Shown: piece by piece, positions 48,967 through 58,626 of the stretch
Numbering within the stretch: the stretch's first letter is position 1
Layout: every line of letters starts with the position of its first letter
Assembly: GCA_048463395.1 (NCBI GenBank)
Contig: DBFWPL010000025.1
Coordinates: forward strand, 9,545-73,544
Length of the DNA stretch: 64,000 nucleotides
Source of the DNA: Alphaproteobacteria bacterium
GTDB lineage: Bacteria > Pseudomonadota > Alphaproteobacteria > RF32 > CAG-239
Direction: 5' to 3'
The notes under the pieces: generated by a model
Database searches by the model: none
Told to the model about the DNA's origin: nothing
The model's input: only the letters and a program-made list of their open reading frames with translations
Translations under genes and position numbers: made by a program

Positions 48967-49767
48967 TTATTTAGGCATAATTGGGATAAGTTTACATTTC
49001 CAAGAACAATTATCCAGATTAACATATCCGGAGGCACATCCGGTGATGTAATATTTGGCAGAACAGTTCTCGAAAGAACAGGTATATCCGTTCGGACAAA
49101 TTGAGTAAATTCCGCGGTTTGGGCAGGATTTGCATTTGTTGTATTTTGTAACCCCGTTTTCAGTGCAGCTTTCGGCACCGGCTTCGTGTCCCAAGTCGCA
49201 AACGATGAATTCCGACGCACAAGAGCATCCGCTTTGGGCGGCATTTATGGTATACGGCGAGGAGCAAGTTTGGCAAATTGATTTAGGGTAATAGTAAGTT
49301 TCTAAGTTTCGGTTGTCTCTGCAAAAATTATTAGAGGCTCGGTTTTCAGGCGTGATGTATTCGTCGTTTCCGGAACATTCGGTTAATGTGTTTGTGGCAT
49401 CGGAACAACGGCAAGAATAGTGGGTGCCGTTTTTGTCGGAACAGCTTTCCGTTGTGGCTAATTTGCCGCAAACGGAAAGTTGGTTTCCTTCTTCAACGCT
49501 GTAATAGTCGGAGTTGCACTTGCAGGATTTAAAATATCCGGTGTCATAAGGACAAATTTCATCCGGAAGCATATTTGCTTCACAAGTGGTTAAGGTATAT
49601 CCTGCGTCAGTACATAGAGCTTTATTGTTTAGTTTGAATGAAACGTCTGAATCTCCCACACTAAAGTAACCAAATGAATTGACATCGGTAATACAGCGGA
49701 CTGCCGCATTGCTTGAGGAGAAACCAAGCAGGATAGCGAAACTAAAAAAGAATAAAAATTTAGTCAT
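48967..49767 (-). CDS. Secreted cysteine-rich protein, function unknown
   Basis: A signal peptide begins at the internal Met (MTKFLFFFSFAILLGFSSSNA). The tool ORF extends to 49833. The sequence carries more than 30 Cys residues with CxC, CxxC and GY motifs. Confidence 0.55.
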   Translation of the reverse strand: MTKFLFFFSFAILLGFSSSNAAVRCITDVNSFGYFSVGDSDVSFKLNNKALCTDAGYTLTTCEANMLPDEICPYDTGYFKSCKCNSDYYSVEEGNQLSVCGKLATTESCSDKNGTHYSCRCSDATNTLTECSGNDEYITPENRASNNFCRDNRNLETYYYPKSICQTCSSPYTINAAQSGCSCASEFIVCDLGHEAGAESCTENGVTKYNKCKSCPNRGIYSICPNGYTCSFENCSAKYYITGCASGYVNLDNCSWKCKLIPIMPK

Positions 49768-49802
49768 GTTTCTTCTCCTTATGTTTTCCCGTGTACAAAA
49801 TC

Positions 49803-52754
49803 TTAATGGAAAGACAGCTTGCACAGAACGCACTTGCCGCCATTAGCGTCGTAAGAATGAAGAGGTGTGATAGTTTTTGGATTTGTGCCATCCTGGTTTA
49901 ACCATTTGTCCCTTACTCTTTCACACGCATCTTCCGCACTTTCATTTGGCTGAGCCAAAACACATTGAGCGGCTGGCCAGAGCGACGGAGGTGTGCTTTT
50001 GTCATCTTGAAATTCGGAGTCGTAGTCTGCAACAATTTTATCTTGCATTCCGTAAGAACATTCAGCGTTATTTTCTCCTAAGTCTTCGTTCCAATACGGA
50101 TCTATACAGTTATTTATGACGCAAGTGTAACAGTCAAGTTTTCCGCCACTTTGTTGATAAAGAGCATCGTCTTTTTCACAAACAACAGAGATATCATTTT
50201 TACAATACTCTTCGTAGTCCGGAGTAGGATTTGCACAGAGAGACAAATAGTCATTTACGTTTGGATCGCTTTTGTCCAGTTTACCGAATAATTTACAAGT
50301 GGCATTGTCGTAGTCTGTACTATTGCAAGTGACCATATGTTCGGCATTTTGTAATGTACAAGACGGTATTCCGCTTAAAGGTGTTAAATAGGCATTTTCT
50401 TTCATTTGTTTACAAAGCTGTTGTTGACCTTCATAGATTAAGTATCCGTTGTAAAAGGCATCCGTACTTTTGTTGTGGTCTAAAGTTTGAAGACGATAAA
50501 ACAGGTTACTTTTACCTTTGCCTAACATGTCACTGATAGTTACTGAAAAAGTTGGTATAGTAGTTGATGTCATATAATAAGACCCATTGTTAAAATGCAG
50601 TTCAGAGAATAAAGGGGACGATTCAACATTATAGCCATAAATTTTTACATTTTCATGGTTACTACTTCCATTGGCAATAGCTCCGTATTCAAATTCTTCT
50701 TTATTGGCATTAGGATCAAAGTGGAACGCAACAGCTCTTTCAGGGCTACCGATAAATGATGTGTCTGCAAGATCATTTATGCTAGATGTGCATTGATAAC
50801 TTTTGGTTATAATGCCGTTATGCATAGACCAATAAGCAGTGATTTTTTGATTGGAAATACCGAATACAATACTGGTTCCTGATGCAATATATATATCATC
50901 AGCGATGAGTTTGCTAGACTTTAAGCCAAGTGTTCCTGCCAGATATATTTTCGGAGCAATGACTGTGGAATTACTCAAAGCAACGTCTCTGAGAACAGCT
51001 TTGTCGGTCGCGGTTAATTCAATGTTGCTAAAACTGGCTCCGCGTGAATCTTCAGCTCCCGAGCTTGTGACGTATGGAGATGAAAAAGATTTGACCTTGA
51101 GCTTATAAACTTGATTGCTTTCTTTCAATGTCTCTCCAGGTTCCAGACTGACGTTGCTTGGGGTACTTCCGGAATGATAAGCGGGAAGAAAGATACTGAC
51201 ATGATCAACAGAGTTGGTATAATCGAGATCCATGGAGGAGCAATCAAGGTCTTTTTCTATTGATACAAATGTTCCTCCGTTCATGAAGTATTTCTCTCGG
51301 TCTAGCTGTAAGGCTTCAAATTTTAATTCATCACATGTACCCACACTGTATCTTTGTGTGGAGTATGTTCCTGTAAATGAAGAACAAGGAGGTGTAATGC
51401 AATAGTTTGCACATATGGCAGTATCAGGGTTTGTGTAACATCTTTCGAATTTGTCTGTTGTTTTATCATAACGTCCGGACAATGAATTTCCATTGTTGCA
51501 GCATGTCTGGTAGGTGTCATCTGCACAATAGCTGCCTGCTTCGTCGGAGGCTAGCCTATATCCGTCATCACAAATTTTACAATCGGTTGTTGAACCGCTG
51601 ACACATTCTTTGCAGTTAGAGACTGTGCATTGGGTATTGGAACAATTTGAATAGCAGGTTTGTCCGTAGTAAGCGGTCTTGGTGCAGGTTTGTCCGTCCG
51701 GTTGAGCGTCGACATATCCACCATCACTGCAAGTCGGCTGCTTGCAATCTTTTTGGCAGGTTCTTCCATAGTAAGAAACAGCCGTACATTTGTTGTTTGT
51801 CGGTACGGTATCGACGTAACCACCTTTACTGCAAGTTGGCTGATAGCAATCTTTGTAACAAGTGCGTCCGGAGTAAGAGACTGAAGAACACACTTGATTG
51901 GTTGGTACGCCGGATTTGTATCCGGCATCTTCACAGGTTGGTTGTCCCTCGTCTTTGTAACAAGTTCTGCCATAAGTATTAGTTGTTACGGTATCGCAAG
52001 TATGGTTACTTGGGCAAGCAGTTAGGAAACCGCTTTCTTCACAAGTCGGTTGTTTGCAGTTGGTGTAGCAGGTTTTGTTGCAGTAAGGTGCAGAATCGCA
52101 TTTATTGTTTGCCGGAACGGAAGAAATGTATCCACCGTCTTCGCAGCTTTTGGTGGAAATGTCCTGATAACAGGTCTGGTTGGCAAAAGAGATTGACGTG
52201 CCGGTTTGGCAAGCCGTTAAGGAGTCAGCGTATCCGCCTTCGGTACAAGTTTTGTCCCGACACTTATAGCAAGTGGTTCCGGACTCGTTTTGGTAAGAAT
52301 CTACCAGAGTTTGAGAAGTGTTTTGGCAAGTGGTTGTGGAATATCCTTCATCACAAGAGTTATCTGCTTCTCGACATTTAAAATAGGATTTGTTGTACGG
52401 GCAAAGATCGCTTTCGTCCTTTACGTACCCGTCCGGACAGGTATTAACGTACCCTTCGTCTTTGCATTGAGCATTGCTATCCAAATCCATGGAGTTGAAG
52501 TTTAAGATACCGCAACTTCCGCCGCCGTTGACGGAACAAACAGAGGCAAGTTTTACGGCATTTTTTGCGTTAAAAAGGGGTATAGGCTTTAGCGTGCTGG
52601 GTGTGTGTATGTGTGTGTGTACTAAACTGTCCGGTAATGCCAAAGATAAATTGTAAGTCAGGTTGATTTCTGTTGCCTGTATATCGTTTGAAAGTAGCAG
52701 ACACGTCGAAATACATAACAAATACTTAGTATTAATCATAGGGCACTCCCACAC
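49803..52754 (-). CDS. Large secreted cysteine-rich tandem-repeat protein (983 aa)
   Basis: A signal peptide is followed by tandem modules of about 33 aa of the form C..GGY(V/I)D..P.....C......Y.G(R/Q)TC(Y/Q)..C.QPTC, repeated five or more times. Periodic repeats of about 100 nt are visible at the DNA level between roughly 51700 and 52250. The tool start is a GTG at 52754, and an in-frame ATG (MINTKY) lies at 52739. Confidence 0.6.
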   Translation of the reverse strand: MWECPMINTKYLLCISTCLLLSNDIQATEINLTYNLSLALPDSLVHTHIHTPSTLKPIPLFNAKNAVKLASVCSVNGGGSCGILNFNSMDLDSNAQCKDEGYVNTCPDGYVKDESDLCPYNKSYFKCREADNSCDEGYSTTTCQNTSQTLVDSYQNESGTTCYKCRDKTCTEGGYADSLTACQTGTSISFANQTCYQDISTKSCEDGGYISSVPANNKCDSAPYCNKTCYTNCKQPTCEESGFLTACPSNHTCDTVTTNTYGRTCYKDEGQPTCEDAGYKSGVPTNQVCSSVSYSGRTCYKDCYQPTCSKGGYVDTVPTNNKCTAVSYYGRTCQKDCKQPTCSDGGYVDAQPDGQTCTKTAYYGQTCYSNCSNTQCTVSNCKECVSGSTTDCKICDDGYRLASDEAGSYCADDTYQTCCNNGNSLSGRYDKTTDKFERCYTNPDTAICANYCITPPCSSFTGTYSTQRYSVGTCDELKFEALQLDREKYFMNGGTFVSIEKDLDCSSMDLDYTNSVDHVSIFLPAYHSGSTPSNVSLEPGETLKESNQVYKLKVKSFSSPYVTSSGAEDSRGASFSNIELTATDKAVLRDVALSNSTVIAPKIYLAGTLGLKSSKLIADDIYIASGTSIVFGISNQKITAYWSMHNGIITKSYQCTSSINDLADTSFIGSPERAVAFHFDPNANKEEFEYGAIANGSSNHENVKIYGYNVESSPLFSELHFNNGSYYMTSTTIPTFSVTISDMLGKGKSNLFYRLQTLDHNKSTDAFYNGYLIYEGQQQLCKQMKENAYLTPLSGIPSCTLQNAEHMVTCNSTDYDNATCKLFGKLDKSDPNVNDYLSLCANPTPDYEEYCKNDISVVCEKDDALYQQSGGKLDCYTCVINNCIDPYWNEDLGENNAECSYGMQDKIVADYDSEFQDDKSTPPSLWPAAQCVLAQPNESAEDACERVRDKWLNQDGTNPKTITPLHSYDANGGKCVLCKLSFH
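52601..52620. repeat. In-frame (GT)4-AT-(GT)5 dinucleotide repeat inside the N-terminal coding region of the 983-aa protein
   Basis: The sequence gtgtgtgtatgtgtgtgtgt is ten dinucleotide units. On the coding strand it encodes VHTHIHT. Confidence 0.8.
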
Positions 52755-52793
52755 AGTTATAAAAACTAAAGCCTATACTCTTCATACTAATCG

Positions 52794-52806
52794 TTTTTTT
52801 TTTTTT
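52794..52806. repeat. Homopolymeric T13 (A13 on the coding strand) tract in the promoter region of the 983-aa Cys-rich protein gene
   Basis: Thirteen consecutive T residues lie about 40 nt upstream of the start codon of the minus-strand gene. Confidence 0.8.
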
Positions 52807-52924
52807 GCAACAAAAAAGTGCATCTGGCCGCAGATTTAAAGGTGTTTTTGCAGGTCGGAGGTGTCCGGGTTTATAAAAAAACTTCTCAAAAGAGAAGGTT
52901 AAAGGAGAAAAGTGATGATAAAAA

Positions 52925-53872
52925 TTATTTATAAGAGGCTCGTTTGATACGGTCGTTGATGGCTAGTCCCAAGCCGTGTTCCGGAATAGGGGATATGGCA
53001 ATGCTTTGGCAGTTTTCTTGTTTGTCAGCCAAACGCAGAAAAGCAAAGAGGTTTCCGGCAGCTTCGCAAAGGTCTCCTTTGGGACTAAGGTTTAAGTCAG
53101 CATCCTTTACATTACCGAATCCGATAAAAAACTCACCCGGTTGGCGGGTTACGGCATTTATTCGCAGCGGTCGTCCCGGAGCATAGTGTTTGAGAAGCTG
53201 CCCGGGGGCACTTGGTTTGTCCGGTGTACCGTCGGAAAGTAAAACTTCTTCATTGAGAAAACGGCTTAAATCTTCTTTGGAAGTTCCTCCGGCTCGCAAA
53301 ATGATCACCTGTTTTCCGGTAACGTCGATAATTGTTGATTCGACACCGACTTTACAAGCTCCGCCGTCTAAAATCATGTTTACTTTTTCGCCGAGGCTCT
53401 CAAATACGTGTTCAGCCGTGGTCGGGCTGATGGATTTGAACTTGTTGGCTGATGGGGCGACGATCGGAACACCGCTTTGGCGAATGAGTTCCAAAGCAAC
53501 CGGATGTGCCGGCATTCGGACGGCAATGTTCGGTAAGCCGGAACAGGCCAAATCAATAGCGGCATTGTTGTCTTTACGTTTGAGAATCATTGTGAGAGGT
53601 CCCGGCCAGAATTTTTTTGCCAAAGCCATGACCCTTTCATCCGTTTGGGCATAAGTTGCTAAAAAGTCCGTTTCGGCAATGTGGGAAATCAGCGGGTCAA
53701 AAAAAGGGCGTTGTTTAGCCTCAAAAATTGAGGCAACCGCCTGTGCGTCATAAACATTGGCTCCGAGGCCGTAAACCGTTTCCGTCGGCATGGCGACAAG
53801 GCCGCCGTTTTTTATCGTTTCAGCCGCTTTGTTCAGATTTTCGGGGGTCGGTTGGTAAATGTTACTCATCAA
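52925..53872 (-). CDS. tsaC: L-threonylcarbamoyladenylate synthase (Sua5/TsaC family, long form)
   Basis: A YrdC-like N-terminal domain (GGLVAMPTETVYGLG) is followed by a Sua5 C-terminal domain. Length is 315 aa. Confidence 0.85.
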   Translation of the reverse strand: MMSNIYQPTPENLNKAAETIKNGGLVAMPTETVYGLGANVYDAQAVASIFEAKQRPFFDPLISHIAETDFLATYAQTDERVMALAKKFWPGPLTMILKRKDNNAAIDLACSGLPNIAVRMPAHPVALELIRQSGVPIVAPSANKFKSISPTTAEHVFESLGEKVNMILDGGACKVGVESTIIDVTGKQVIILRAGGTSKEDLSRFLNEEVLLSDGTPDKPSAPGQLLKHYAPGRPLRINAVTRQPGEFFIGFGNVKDADLNLSPKGDLCEAAGNLFAFLRLADKQENCQSIAISPIPEHGLGLAINDRIKRASYK

Positions 53873-54281
53873 TTATCTTCAAAATGTAAGTCAATGCCAA
53901 ATTTAGTTCTCTTTCCTGATATTCTTCTAGCACTTCGGCATCTTCTTTGTCAATAATTTGATAAGATTTTGAAAGTTGGTTATAGCCAAGGTAGTCAAAT
54001 TCATCACAGCCTAAAAGCAAGATGTTCGGGTTGCAGTTATGCGACATGTTTTCTCGGAAAATGTCGGAAAGGTATTGATTTTGAGGAGAAATTCCGTAAA
54101 TGTGAGAGCCATTGCAGGAGGCGGCGTTAAAAGTATGAAGAATTTCCAAAAAGCTGTCCGGAATGGTCGGAAAACGATTGGAAAGCAGCTGTTTTTGACA
54201 AAGGATGATGTCTTTGGGTTTAACCGGAGAACCGAGTTCTATGAGTTGTTGTTTGGTCATTATATCAAGTAAGTTGTTCAT
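53862..54281 (-). CDS. SUKH-family (SMI1/KNR4-like) protein, candidate immunity protein
   Basis: The stretches IPDSFLEILHTFNAASCNGSHIYGI and LLLGCDEFDYLGYN match the two SUKH signature regions. Confidence 0.5.
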   Translation of the reverse strand: MNNLLDIMTKQQLIELGSPVKPKDIILCQKQLLSNRFPTIPDSFLEILHTFNAASCNGSHIYGISPQNQYLSDIFRENMSHNCNPNILLLGCDEFDYLGYNQLSKSYQIIDKEDAEVLEEYQERELNLALTYILKIIDE

Positions 54282-55873
54282 AGTTTATCTCTGGAATTTA
54301 AGAGTTTTTGGATTAAAGAAGCTGAGATTTGGGTTTGTCTTGCGATTTTTTTTATCTTTTGCTGTTTTTGTTTTTCAGATGAGGTTTGAGCAAGATATTC
54401 TTCCCGATAAGACATGATTTCCTGAAGAGTTTCGTAATTGATGTTTGTGGCTTCTGTTGATGGGGAACTGAAGCCGATGTGTTCCCATTCGTCTTCCGGT
54501 TCATCGATATTTTTTCTTCTTAAGGTGCGAGGATCCTGAGTATAGTCGTAATATATCTGGTCTTGAGGATCCAAGCCGCCAAAAAATACGGTATCTTCCC
54601 GTTTTAGATAAATGCGGGCGGAATAAGCTTCGCGATTGCTAAAAGGAGACGTCTCGTCCAAACCGTGAAAAATGTCGCGGTGATAAGGGACATCAACAAC
54701 AAGGCAGAGGTTTTGAAAGTAGTTTACTTGTGCCAGGTTTGGCTGTTCGCTGCTGTCTTGAACGGCGATTTTGTGGTGGACGGAGAATTGCGGTCCGGTA
54801 ATTATTTTTCCGTTTTGGTCGGTGGCAATCAATAAGTTGTCAAGGTTGTGTTCTTGCAAAAACTGTTTGTGTTGTTCGCTGATTTTTTGAGATGTGTCGA
54901 TTCTGGAGACCTTTAGCCCATGTTTTTTCAGTGCGGTAATGATTTCAGGGGTGTAGTTCTCATTCAAAGGTTTGATGTTGGCGGTAATTCCCTTGGTTTC
55001 CATGGATTGAATCAGTGCTTTAACATAGCGTTCATCGACATTATGCCGTTTTAGATACTCAATAAACGAGCGTTTGTTTTTACGGATGAAATCTTTTACA
55101 AAACGTTGTCTGGCTCCGAGAAAAAGTGTGGCGTTTCCTTTGTTTTGAGCACGATTTTTTTTCTTGTTGAAAGCTTCAAACAGGACATCGGAGAAGTCGT
55201 AGGCGTTCATATAAAAAAGAGTTTCCGGCGGTATTTTCATCCGTTGTAGTTGTGTAATGACTCTTTCTTCAATTAAGCGAAAGCTTTTGGCGTGTCGGAA
55301 CAGTTTCCACACCGGAGATTTTCGAATCAAGCGATAGTCTTCGCGAGGAAATTCCTCGTTGTTTTTTAAGGCTTGAGTGTATTGAGGAGAAAGTTGATCT
55401 GTTCTCGGTTTGTTAACAGTGCCATAGTAGTCAACTCGGATAATGTGTTTTTCCTGACGGTGAAGCGGGTAGTGCATTTTGTGTACCCAGGTCATGCCGC
55501 AGTATTCCAAAGCGTCAATCAGTTTGTTTTTGTCGCTTTCTCTTTTGTCGAATTTATTTTTGAGGTCAACGGTTTTATCTCCAAAGTGATAGCGGTCAAA
55601 CAACTTGAGCAGAATACGTTCTTTCCATATATAGTCTAAACGTTGAAACTGCTGTATAAACTCGTGAGGATCCGTAATGGAAAGAATTTTGTTTTCCGCC
55701 TCAAGTTCCTGCTCTTCGGGAGTTTTTTCATACTCAATGTTGTTTTCCGGTTCGGGGAGATTATTTTCTTCGTGGAGGGCGTCAAGGATTTTTCTTAGGG
55801 CGATGACTTCTTCGTCAGTTTCGTCCAGTATTTTAAGATATGTCTTTTTATTGTTTCTTCTTGAAGCCATCAA
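54278..55873 (-). CDS. Hypothetical protein with an internal HNH-like motif, candidate toxin/effector
   Basis: The 531-aa protein contains SVHHKIAV...NLAQVNYFQNLCLVVDVPYHRDIFHG, which fits an HH...N(L)...H...H nuclease-like pattern. Its 3' end overlaps the SUKH-like gene by 4 nt. Confidence 0.45.
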   Translation of the reverse strand: MMASRRNNKKTYLKILDETDEEVIALRKILDALHEENNLPEPENNIEYEKTPEEQELEAENKILSITDPHEFIQQFQRLDYIWKERILLKLFDRYHFGDKTVDLKNKFDKRESDKNKLIDALEYCGMTWVHKMHYPLHRQEKHIIRVDYYGTVNKPRTDQLSPQYTQALKNNEEFPREDYRLIRKSPVWKLFRHAKSFRLIEERVITQLQRMKIPPETLFYMNAYDFSDVLFEAFNKKKNRAQNKGNATLFLGARQRFVKDFIRKNKRSFIEYLKRHNVDERYVKALIQSMETKGITANIKPLNENYTPEIITALKKHGLKVSRIDTSQKISEQHKQFLQEHNLDNLLIATDQNGKIITGPQFSVHHKIAVQDSSEQPNLAQVNYFQNLCLVVDVPYHRDIFHGLDETSPFSNREAYSARIYLKREDTVFFGGLDPQDQIYYDYTQDPRTLRRKNIDEPEDEWEHIGFSSPSTEATNINYETLQEIMSYREEYLAQTSSEKQKQQKIKKIARQTQISASLIQKLLNSRDKL

Positions 55874-56016
55874 AAATCCTTTGAGGTCTTTCTTAAATTT
55901 TGTCTAAAATAGCATATTTGTTTTTTTATGTCCATAGCAAATTAGGATTTTGTTATTTATTTTTGGATATAATCATGTGTCATGAGATTTATTGACTATT
56001 TTTAAGGGAGCTGCAG

Positions 56017-57471
56017 ATGTTGGAAATTATCTTTAATGGTAAAAATATCGGCAAAAATGCTGTTCGAATTCTGGGACTCGCGGAGAATTTTAAAATAAAG
56101 CGGGAAAATCTGAAAAATTTTTTTGATAAAGATGAGTTTGATGTTCTTGCGGCAGCAATGAAAAGAAGTGATTTTAACGGAAAATCCGGTGATTTTTTGG
56201 AACTGGAAAGTTGTCGTTCCAGAATATTGTTAATGGGATTGGGAAAAAACGTATCGACGTTGTCTTTAAGAGAATGTGGAAAAAAACTGGCCAAGAAATT
56301 GTTCCGTAATACGGAAGCCGTGATTTTAGTTTCTGAAGTAAAAGGGTGCAAACTGAGTGAAAGTGAAATTGCCCGTCATTTGGCTTTCGGATTGGAATTG
56401 GGGGTATATAGTTTTGACAAGTATTTTACTAAAAAGAAGGCAGAGGAATATTCTTCTTTGGAAAAAGTCAGTTTTGTATCCGAAAAGATTATTGAGTCAG
56501 GAGATTTTGCCGATTATGCCGCTTTGGCAAATGCCGTCCGTTATGCCAAAGATTTGGGAAACGAACCTTCCAATTATTTGACGCCGGAAGCTTTTGCTGC
56601 GGATTTGAAGCGTTTGGAATATTTAGGGCTGGAAGTGGAAGTCTTGGATAAAAAAGCAATGGAGGAAGAAGAGTTCAAATTAGCTCTTGCCGTTGCCAAA
56701 GGTTCGTCCAATCCGCCTTATACCGTTATTCTTAAATGGATTGGAAATAAGGAAAAAGATAAGTTCGACATTGCATTGGTTGGTAAGGGGATTACTTATG
56801 ACAGCGGGGGAATTTCCCTGAAAACAGATGCACAGCAATTGAATATGAAATTTGATATGTGCGGAGCGGCAGCGGTGGCCGGGGCCATGAAAGCGATTGC
56901 TTTGCAAAAACAGCCGGTGAATGCGGTGGCTGTTTTGTGTTTGGTTGAGAATATGCCTAACGGAAATGCTTACAAACCGGATGACGTGTTTGCCTCCATG
57001 TCCGGGCAAACGGTTGAAATTGTCGATACGGACGGAGAAGGGCGTTTGGTGTTGGCGGACAGTCTCTGGTTTGTTCAAAAGAAATTTGACGTCGAACGGA
57101 TTATTGATATGGCGACGCTGACCGGAACAGTTGCGGCGGCTTTGGCAGGGCAGTTTGCCGGATTGTTTTGCGATGACGAAAAGATGAGCCGGGAATTGAT
57201 TGAAACGGGGAAACGTTGCGGTGAACAGTTATGGCCTTTGCCGATGACGGAAGAATTTGACGAGTGGCTTAATTCTCGTGTTGCGGATATGAAAAATGTC
57301 GGAAAACGAGTAGGAGACAGTAGTCAGGCGGCTTGTTTTTTGAGACGTTTTGTGAAAAAAGGGGCCAAATGGGCTCATATTGATATTGCCGAGTGTGAAC
57401 TTGACAAAGACTTTATGGCAACGGGTTTTGGTGTTTGTTTGTTAAATGCTTATATGAGAGGATTGAATTAA
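56017..57471 (+). CDS. pepA: Leucyl aminopeptidase (M17)
   Basis: The M17 signature NTDAEGRL appears here as VDTDGEGRLVLADSL. The motifs DIALVGKGITYDSGG and the bicarbonate/metal ligands are present. Confidence 0.9.
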   Translation: MLEIIFNGKNIGKNAVRILGLAENFKIKRENLKNFFDKDEFDVLAAAMKRSDFNGKSGDFLELESCRSRILLMGLGKNVSTLSLRECGKKLAKKLFRNTEAVILVSEVKGCKLSESEIARHLAFGLELGVYSFDKYFTKKKAEEYSSLEKVSFVSEKIIESGDFADYAALANAVRYAKDLGNEPSNYLTPEAFAADLKRLEYLGLEVEVLDKKAMEEEEFKLALAVAKGSSNPPYTVILKWIGNKEKDKFDIALVGKGITYDSGGISLKTDAQQLNMKFDMCGAAAVAGAMKAIALQKQPVNAVAVLCLVENMPNGNAYKPDDVFASMSGQTVEIVDTDGEGRLVLADSLWFVQKKFDVERIIDMATLTGTVAAALAGQFAGLFCDDEKMSRELIETGKRCGEQLWPLPMTEEFDEWLNSRVADMKNVGKRVGDSSQAACFLRRFVKKGAKWAHIDIAECELDKDFMATGFGVCLLNAYMRGLN

Positions 57472-58599
57472 ATGGTAAAAGATGCAAGATTACGCCAATT
57501 TGCGGAAAATGTTTTGAAAAATTCCCTTAAATTAAAGAAAGGCGAAAAGATTTATATTGAAGCTTTTGGAGATTCTACAAAAGAGCTTTTGGGAGAGTTT
57601 ATTGCCGTTGCAGCCAAACTCGGCGGAGTGCCTTTTTATTTTCATAATGACAATTTGTTTGTGAAAAAACTGATTGAAAATTCAGATGCCAAGCAAATGG
57701 AGACTTTTGCCGAATTTCATGCCAATTTGATGCGACAGGCTGATTGTTATATCGGCTTGAGGGGATTTGACGATGTTTTTGCTCTTGCGGATGTTCCTGA
57801 TAAGAAAATGGCTCTTTATCAGGAATATATTCAAAATGAGATACATCGTAAAATCAGAGTGCCGCATACCCGTTGGTGCGTGATGCGTTATCCGAACCAG
57901 TCTATGGCCGTAATGTCGAGAATGTCTTTGCAGGCATTTGAGGATTTTTATTTCGGAGCGTGCTTGTTGGATTATTCCAAAATGAAAAAGGCGATGCAGC
58001 CTTTGAAAAAATTGATGGATAAGACTAAAAATGTGAGGATTAAGGCACCGGGAACAGACTTGAGTTTTTCAATTGAGGGGATTAAGTCGGTTATGTGCTT
58101 TGGCGAAGTTAATATTCCGGATGGTGAGGTTTATACCGCTCCGGTTAAAAATTCCATTAACGGTGTTATTCAGTTTAATACGGACACGGTTTATGACGGA
58201 GAATATTTCTCCAATATTCGTTTGGAGTTTAAAGACGGTAAAATTGTTAAAGGAACGTCGGCCGCTAATAACAACAAGTTTCAAAAAATGCTGAATTTTG
58301 ATGCAGGAAGCAGGTATATGGGCGAATTTGCCCTCGGGGTAAATCCGTTTGTAACCAAGCCGATTATGGATATTCTGTTTGATGAGAAAATCTGTGGTTC
58401 CTTGCATATGGCTATCGGCAATTCTTATGAAGACGAGACCAATAACGGCAACGTATCGGCCATTCATTGGGATTTGGTTTTAATACAGCGTCCGGAATGG
58501 GGCGGGGGAGAAATCTGGTTTGATGATGTTCTTATTCGCAAAGACGGAAAGTTTGTTTTGAAAGAATTGCAAGGATTAAATCCAGAAAATTTAAAATGA
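57472..58599 (+). CDS. Aminopeptidase, M29 family (AmpS/PepS-like)
   Basis: A 375-aa protein with the thermophilic-metalloprotease M29 pattern (GEFALGVNP...HMAIGNSY). Confidence 0.75.
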   Translation: MVKDARLRQFAENVLKNSLKLKKGEKIYIEAFGDSTKELLGEFIAVAAKLGGVPFYFHNDNLFVKKLIENSDAKQMETFAEFHANLMRQADCYIGLRGFDDVFALADVPDKKMALYQEYIQNEIHRKIRVPHTRWCVMRYPNQSMAVMSRMSLQAFEDFYFGACLLDYSKMKKAMQPLKKLMDKTKNVRIKAPGTDLSFSIEGIKSVMCFGEVNIPDGEVYTAPVKNSINGVIQFNTDTVYDGEYFSNIRLEFKDGKIVKGTSAANNNKFQKMLNFDAGSRYMGEFALGVNPFVTKPIMDILFDEKICGSLHMAIGNSYEDETNNGNVSAIHWDLVLIQRPEWGGGEIWFDDVLIRKDGKFVLKELQGLNPENLK

Positions 58600-58626
58600 A
58601 AAAGAGGGGTTAATCCCCTCTTTGGT
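58599..58626. terminator. Intrinsic terminator downstream of the aminopeptidase gene
   Basis: The sequence AAAGAGGGGTTAATCCCCTCTTT has a 9-bp stem followed by a TTGGTTGTT tail. Confidence 0.65.
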
